64,000 nucleotides of DNA from Pocillopora damicornis. Taxonomy: Eukaryota. Position 1 is the stretch's first letter. The number at the start of each line of letters is the position of its first letter. Both the position numbers and the translations under genes were made by a program. Shown here piece by piece: positions 59,901 through 64,000 of this stretch. Under the pieces are notes generated by a model. That model was given only the letters and a program-made list of their open reading frames with translations. It did not search any database and was not told the DNA's origin. Where the stretch lies: contig NW_020844463.1 in assembly GCF_003704095.1 (NCBI RefSeq), positions 62,001 to 126,000 of the forward strand. The letters are read 5' to 3'.

Positions 59901-62900
59901 GTGGAAATGGCTGGTGGTGGCGAAGTGACAGGGTAAATATTCACCGCCGGCTGCCGATACTGAGGTAAATAGTTGTTTTAGTGTATGCTGAAAGGGCGAT
60001 CCGATACACAGAAAAATGATTCTAGCAAATTGATTCCTGCATGATTAACATTTTCAGGCGCGAATCCCGCGCAAATTGCCTAGAGGTGAATAGCAACGGA
60101 TATTTGGAGTTTGAGTAGCCAATTAGAGCGCGCCTTAAACACTATCTACTTATATACTAAAGTTTGTTATGATTCCTGAAGGACGCTCGAGGTCATTTAG
60201 GAAAGCTCTTCATTCACCACGATCTTTTACATCTGTAGTCGCCCAAGAGAAAATAGGTGAAAGCTTAGATTTTTATGGGAAAAATATTTTTATAGCTCTT
60301 TCAACTAAATGAAGAACAATTTAAAAAAATAGTTTCATTTGCAATTTTTTCGTCGAGTAAAAAGTTAATGCAATTGTTAGTATTTTAATCTTACATTGAT
60401 TTTTTCTGTCTTCAAGTTTACTAAACTTCTTTAGGGTAAAAGGAAGCATAAAAGTACAAATTTATGAAAATGCATTTAAATGGCAGTTAAAAATAATAAA
60501 AATATTATTTTATTCAAACCGAAATATATTAGCTTGAAGACATATTGTCCTAATGGTAAGTTTGTGGGATTGTAAATCAAAAAGGTTTAATTGATCTTTC
60601 AGCGCTTTTCGCTTGTGGTGCCCTTGGGAAGAATATCTGGCACCCAAAATCCCACGCTAATTCATTTTGGTTGATTCATGCTAAAGAAACCTCCTGGGAT
60701 TAGTCCTCGAAGTAAGGTAAATTTATCTCTGATACAGGCTCTCCTTTCGAGTTCAGTAACGGGCCTTTTTTTCCGTTTTTCTTCAAGAATTTTTGTGCGC
60801 AATCACCATGCAAGAACACCGGAACTTGTCAGTCGGGTTTTACAAAACAACGGTATCGATGTCTATGTCCTAAAGGATTCATCGGCCACGATTGTGAAAC
60901 AGGTAAGTCTTAAAATAAAATATAATTTGGTTTTATCAACAGAGTTGCTAATGTAGATCGTTCACCTTAAAGAGCTCCTGAAGCTGACGTCTCGAGCGTT
61001 TGCCATTCGTCGGAGCGAATAAAGGAATTCGGGGTTGCACCTCTCTGTTTATATGTGGAAAATGGAGCTATGTTATTTCAATTTTCTCTACATCGAGGCA
61101 TGCATGTAGTTCAGCGGGGTGCACTGAATTTGTTTGCGGAGTTTTTGCCAACGTTTATTTCTCTGTTTACTCTAATTATTAAACATATTAACATGAATGA
61201 CCTACTTTATTAGTATGAGTACAACGCGACTCAGCTACCTGGGTGTGAATCGACCAAGCTGAGTAAAAAATCGACTGGGTACGAGACGCCCTTGGTACAA
61301 AAAGACTGGAAACGGGTTTAAATATTACGCCAACCAGCATGATTCGGTCATCTGTCACTTATTCCACTTAACCTTAGCTTCAAAGTGTAATTTTCTTGCG
61401 AAGTTTTTGCCATCTTTCCTTTGAGAGTGATGGATAGTGAAAAGTATCAATCGTTGCTCCATTGTTGAACATATGGTTTCGGCCTTTGTCTTATTGGTGT
61501 GTTTAGCTTTTGGGCTAGACATTTTACTCTATGATACCCTTCTTTGTCAGGAAATAGAACTTTAAACAAGATATTTAACGTGTTTAATTTCTCGAACGGA
61601 GGCAGACTTCAGGGACTTTTAGGGTGTCACTGGTGAGGAAATAGAAATTGAATTAACAAGAGATTTAAGGAGGGTGGAAATAAAACAAGCAGCCAGCGAA
61701 AGTATGATTTTTCTCCCTTTGTTGTTAATGGTAATAAATTCGTTTATTTCTGTTTATTCTTATCGTTATATAAAGTTTATGTAGGTATGTACGTAATTGT
61801 AATACTGAGATATGTATTTTTTTTAATGACCATTGGGAGACTAGTCTCTTAGTTTGACCTTTGTTTATCCACGAAGCCGTATATGCTTAGCATCAATGAA
61901 TGTATTTGACGTGACTGAGGTTCATCTCATATTAAAACAGATGCAGATGAGTGTCAGTTGGGCTCATTTACCTGCCATGCACAAGCGAACTGTGTCAATG
62001 ATGTCGGATCCTACCACTGCACCTGTGAAGCTGGCTATGTTGGTGACGGAAAGCACCTTTGTACAGGTGTGTTAGTTTTCTATGGAGCAAGTTCTGTTCT
62101 CTGCTCTCAGTTGGAGTGCAGTAATTTGAGAATAACGTGAGTTACTGGGTTACATACAATCACAACAAGTAATGCGTCAAGTACGATAACCACAAATCCA
62201 AATACTTTCTAATAGAGTGCGTTCAGTTTTGAACTAAGCTGAGCAAAACGCAACAGTCTTCAGCGGCTCAGCAGATCCTTCTTTTGGCAACCATGACGTT
62301 TAATTAATCATTCAAAACTAGGCTGATAAATATAAACCCTTTGCGCAATGGTTGTTTAATAGTTTAAAGGAAATTTTTCAGTTTGGAAATCTTTGGTAAT
62401 TAACATGAGTAGAGAGAAAGCAGTGAATGAAACAGCTTATTGTAATTGAAGACTGGGCTATTTTGAATAACCAGACTTCTTATATTTCAGTTTTTAAGGT
62501 CTCTTTGCATGATTTCTTCGAGGAAGATTAAGTCTCTGTCTCTGAATATCAACAGAAATAAGAATAATCATCTTAAAACAAAGCAATCTTTCTTAGCCCC
62601 CAACTTACCGAATATTAAATTTGCGAGTACTCTTGCCTTAAGTCCGTATCTTCTTTCGATATCATTATTAGAAATATCATAACCATTTATTTGTTAATCT
62701 CTTGTTATTACATAAACTGCAGTGTTATACAGGGATTTGCGGCCCTGAGAAAAGTTGTAACAACACACGTGAAAAAAAATCGTATTTTTAAAAAATAAAA
62801 AAATCATTATTCAACGCAATTTGCATCTTAAGAGTTAGCGCCAACGCACTGTACGATTGTTATTTGGGGATTGTTGATTCATTTATTTTCATTCATTAAA

Positions 62901-63418
62901 GAAGTCGGCTTTTCTTCTCAGTAAGGGGCTGTTGTGGTTATATGATAAACAAAATAATACATGGTTGCCTGTAGATATGGAATTCCTCTTCTCGTGTTCA
63001 ACTCGACATCCCACTCGTTGGCTGCGCTCACTCGTGAGCTATCGAGTTAAAAACTCGAAGAGAAATTCCATATCTACGCGCACCCATGTATTAGTCTCTA
63101 TTTATCTTTTCACGATTTTTTTAAAAGAAATCCGTGTCTCTGAAGATAATCATAATAATTATTAAAACCAAACAACTGCATAATACCATTTCAATCTTAC
63201 TAGGAGGACCAAGTAACCCTTTCGTGTATTAAGCATAATACTAACCAATTAAAATATCAATTTGACTTAAGCTCTGTTGTTTGCAAATTTAGACGTGGAT
63301 GAATGTCGAATGGGTACCTACTCTTGCCACGAGTTTGCTCAATGTGTAAATGTGATTGGCTCATATGATTGTGTTTGCCAACCTGGATATACAGGAGACG
63401 GAGAACAGTCCTGCACGG
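56912..63418 (+). CDS. Secreted PAN/apple + EGF + cbEGF repeat protein (cluster gene F, 3'-partial)
   Basis: Exons 56912-56984 (signal peptide [22 protein letters not shown], phase 1), 59439-59701 (PAN: [31 protein letters not shown], phase 0), 60788-60902 ([20 protein letters not shown]), 61941-62066 and 63293-63418 (126-nt cbEGF). The gene continues into the terminal gap. Confidence 0.85.
57862..59160 (+). mobile_element. Penelope-like retroelement remnant with pseudo-LTR direct repeats, internally deleted
   Basis: Direct repeats of about 90 bp at 57862-57952 and 59070-59160. Frameshifted RT thumb/C-terminus from about 58622: [71 protein letters not shown], typical of PLE reverse transcriptases. 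Lies in intron 1 of gene F. Confidence 0.75.
58417..58452 (+). ncRNA. Hammerhead ribozyme-like core (cleavage site appears degenerate)
   Basis: CTGAAGA-GACTC-GTGAA-GAGTC-GAAAC: both catalytic boxes flank a perfect 5-bp stem II, inside a Penelope-like element. There is no clean stem III/NUH. Confidence 0.5.
60982..61020 (-). ncRNA. Decayed minimal hammerhead ribozyme motif
   Basis: Minus strand ATTCGCT-CCGACGA-ATGGCAAACGCTC-GAGA-CGTC-AGC follows the minimal type I layout GCT-CTGANGA..GAAA-CGTC-AGC, with one substitution in each box. Confidence 0.4.
62955..63093. repeat. Palindromic MITE-like element
   Basis: Arms TAATACATGG..GTAGATATGGAATT.CTCTTC..AACTCGA and TCGAGTT..GAAGAGAAATTCCATATCTAC..CCATGTATTA form a hairpin of about 140 nt. 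Confidence 0.7.
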
Positions 63419-63494
63419 GTAGGTTTGCTAGTTAAGAAAAATTGTAGTATTGATCTTTATGGTAATGAATATTGATAACTTGATTGAATGATTA

Positions 63495-63880
63495 ATAATA
63501 GAAATTGAATTGAGTGAAGTGCAACTTGGTCTGAAATGATACGTGTGATTTGAAATTACGAGTATGAATTTAGACCAAAATTGCACGACACGAAGTTTAT
63601 CATTTTGTTACATCCATTTTGAAATCGCAAAATTCAATCGGACAAATACAGAATGTTTTAGTCTGTACAAATACTTTATTGATCTAGTATTGAGCTAGTT
63701 TGAAATAAGTTGCAAAAGTTGTCCTCCATTTTCCTGCGATTTGATTGGTTACTTTAAAAAAGTCTCATCGGCTGGGAAAAATGATACGATTTAGAGCAAA
63801 AAGTGGTACCATTCGTGAATAAATTGTGTTGATGAAAGCTAATCAGATTGCAAGAATACAAGAAAATTTAAAATGGACAT
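63495..63880. repeat. Dispersed repeat with internal hairpin, probably related to the repeat at about 31415-31565
   Basis: GTGCAACTTGGTCTGAAATGATAC ... GTATGAATTTAGACCAAAATTGCAC inverted pair. Confidence 0.45.
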
Positions 63881-64000
63881 AGTAAATTAATTGATTGATN
63901 NNNNNNNNNNNNNNNNNNNNNNNNNNNNNNNNNNNNNNNNNNNNNNNNNNNNNNNNNNNNNNNNNNNNNNNNNNNNNNNNNNNNNNNNNNNNNNNNNNNG

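Noticed and set aside
1-64000. CRISPR arrays, operons or prokaryotic defence systems
   Set aside because: The sequence is intron-rich animal DNA; no regularly spaced repeat-spacer array or bacterial-type gene was seen.

Overview
AT-rich eukaryotic DNA with short GT-AG exons. It is very probably from a stony coral; that is an inference from the domain repertoire and repeat types. Ten N-gaps interrupt the window, six of them exactly 100 N. The ORF track misses or fragments most genes, so I rebuilt exons by hand from splice sites and reading phase. In order, the window holds: (1) the last two coding exons of GGPS1; (2) a secreted, dibasic-processed mucin-like protein ending in six ShKT domains; (3) a secreted protein of about 810-850 aa built as unassigned Ig-like domain + 2x F5/8C + second unassigned domain + EGF + CUB; (4) from 20.8 kb to the end, a head-to-tail array of at least 5-6 genes or gene pieces for secreted modular proteins. 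The array genes are assembled from phase-1 exon cassettes: PAN/apple, a 50-aa fibrinogen/COLFI-N-like minidomain, cbEGF, CUB, group A SRCR and uromodulin/GP2-type D8C. They share heads but differ in stalk length and tip, and one looks like a recombinant of two neighbours. This array is the best candidate for an undescribed system: a diversifying family of secreted pattern-recognition or decoy proteins. Introns carry a deleted PIF/Harbinger, a TTAA-target (Sola3-like) element, a TIR element with a 6-bp TSD, tRNA-derived SINEs and a Penelope-like remnant with a hammerhead ribozyme core. Some duplications end at 100-N gaps and may be uncollapsed haplotypes.
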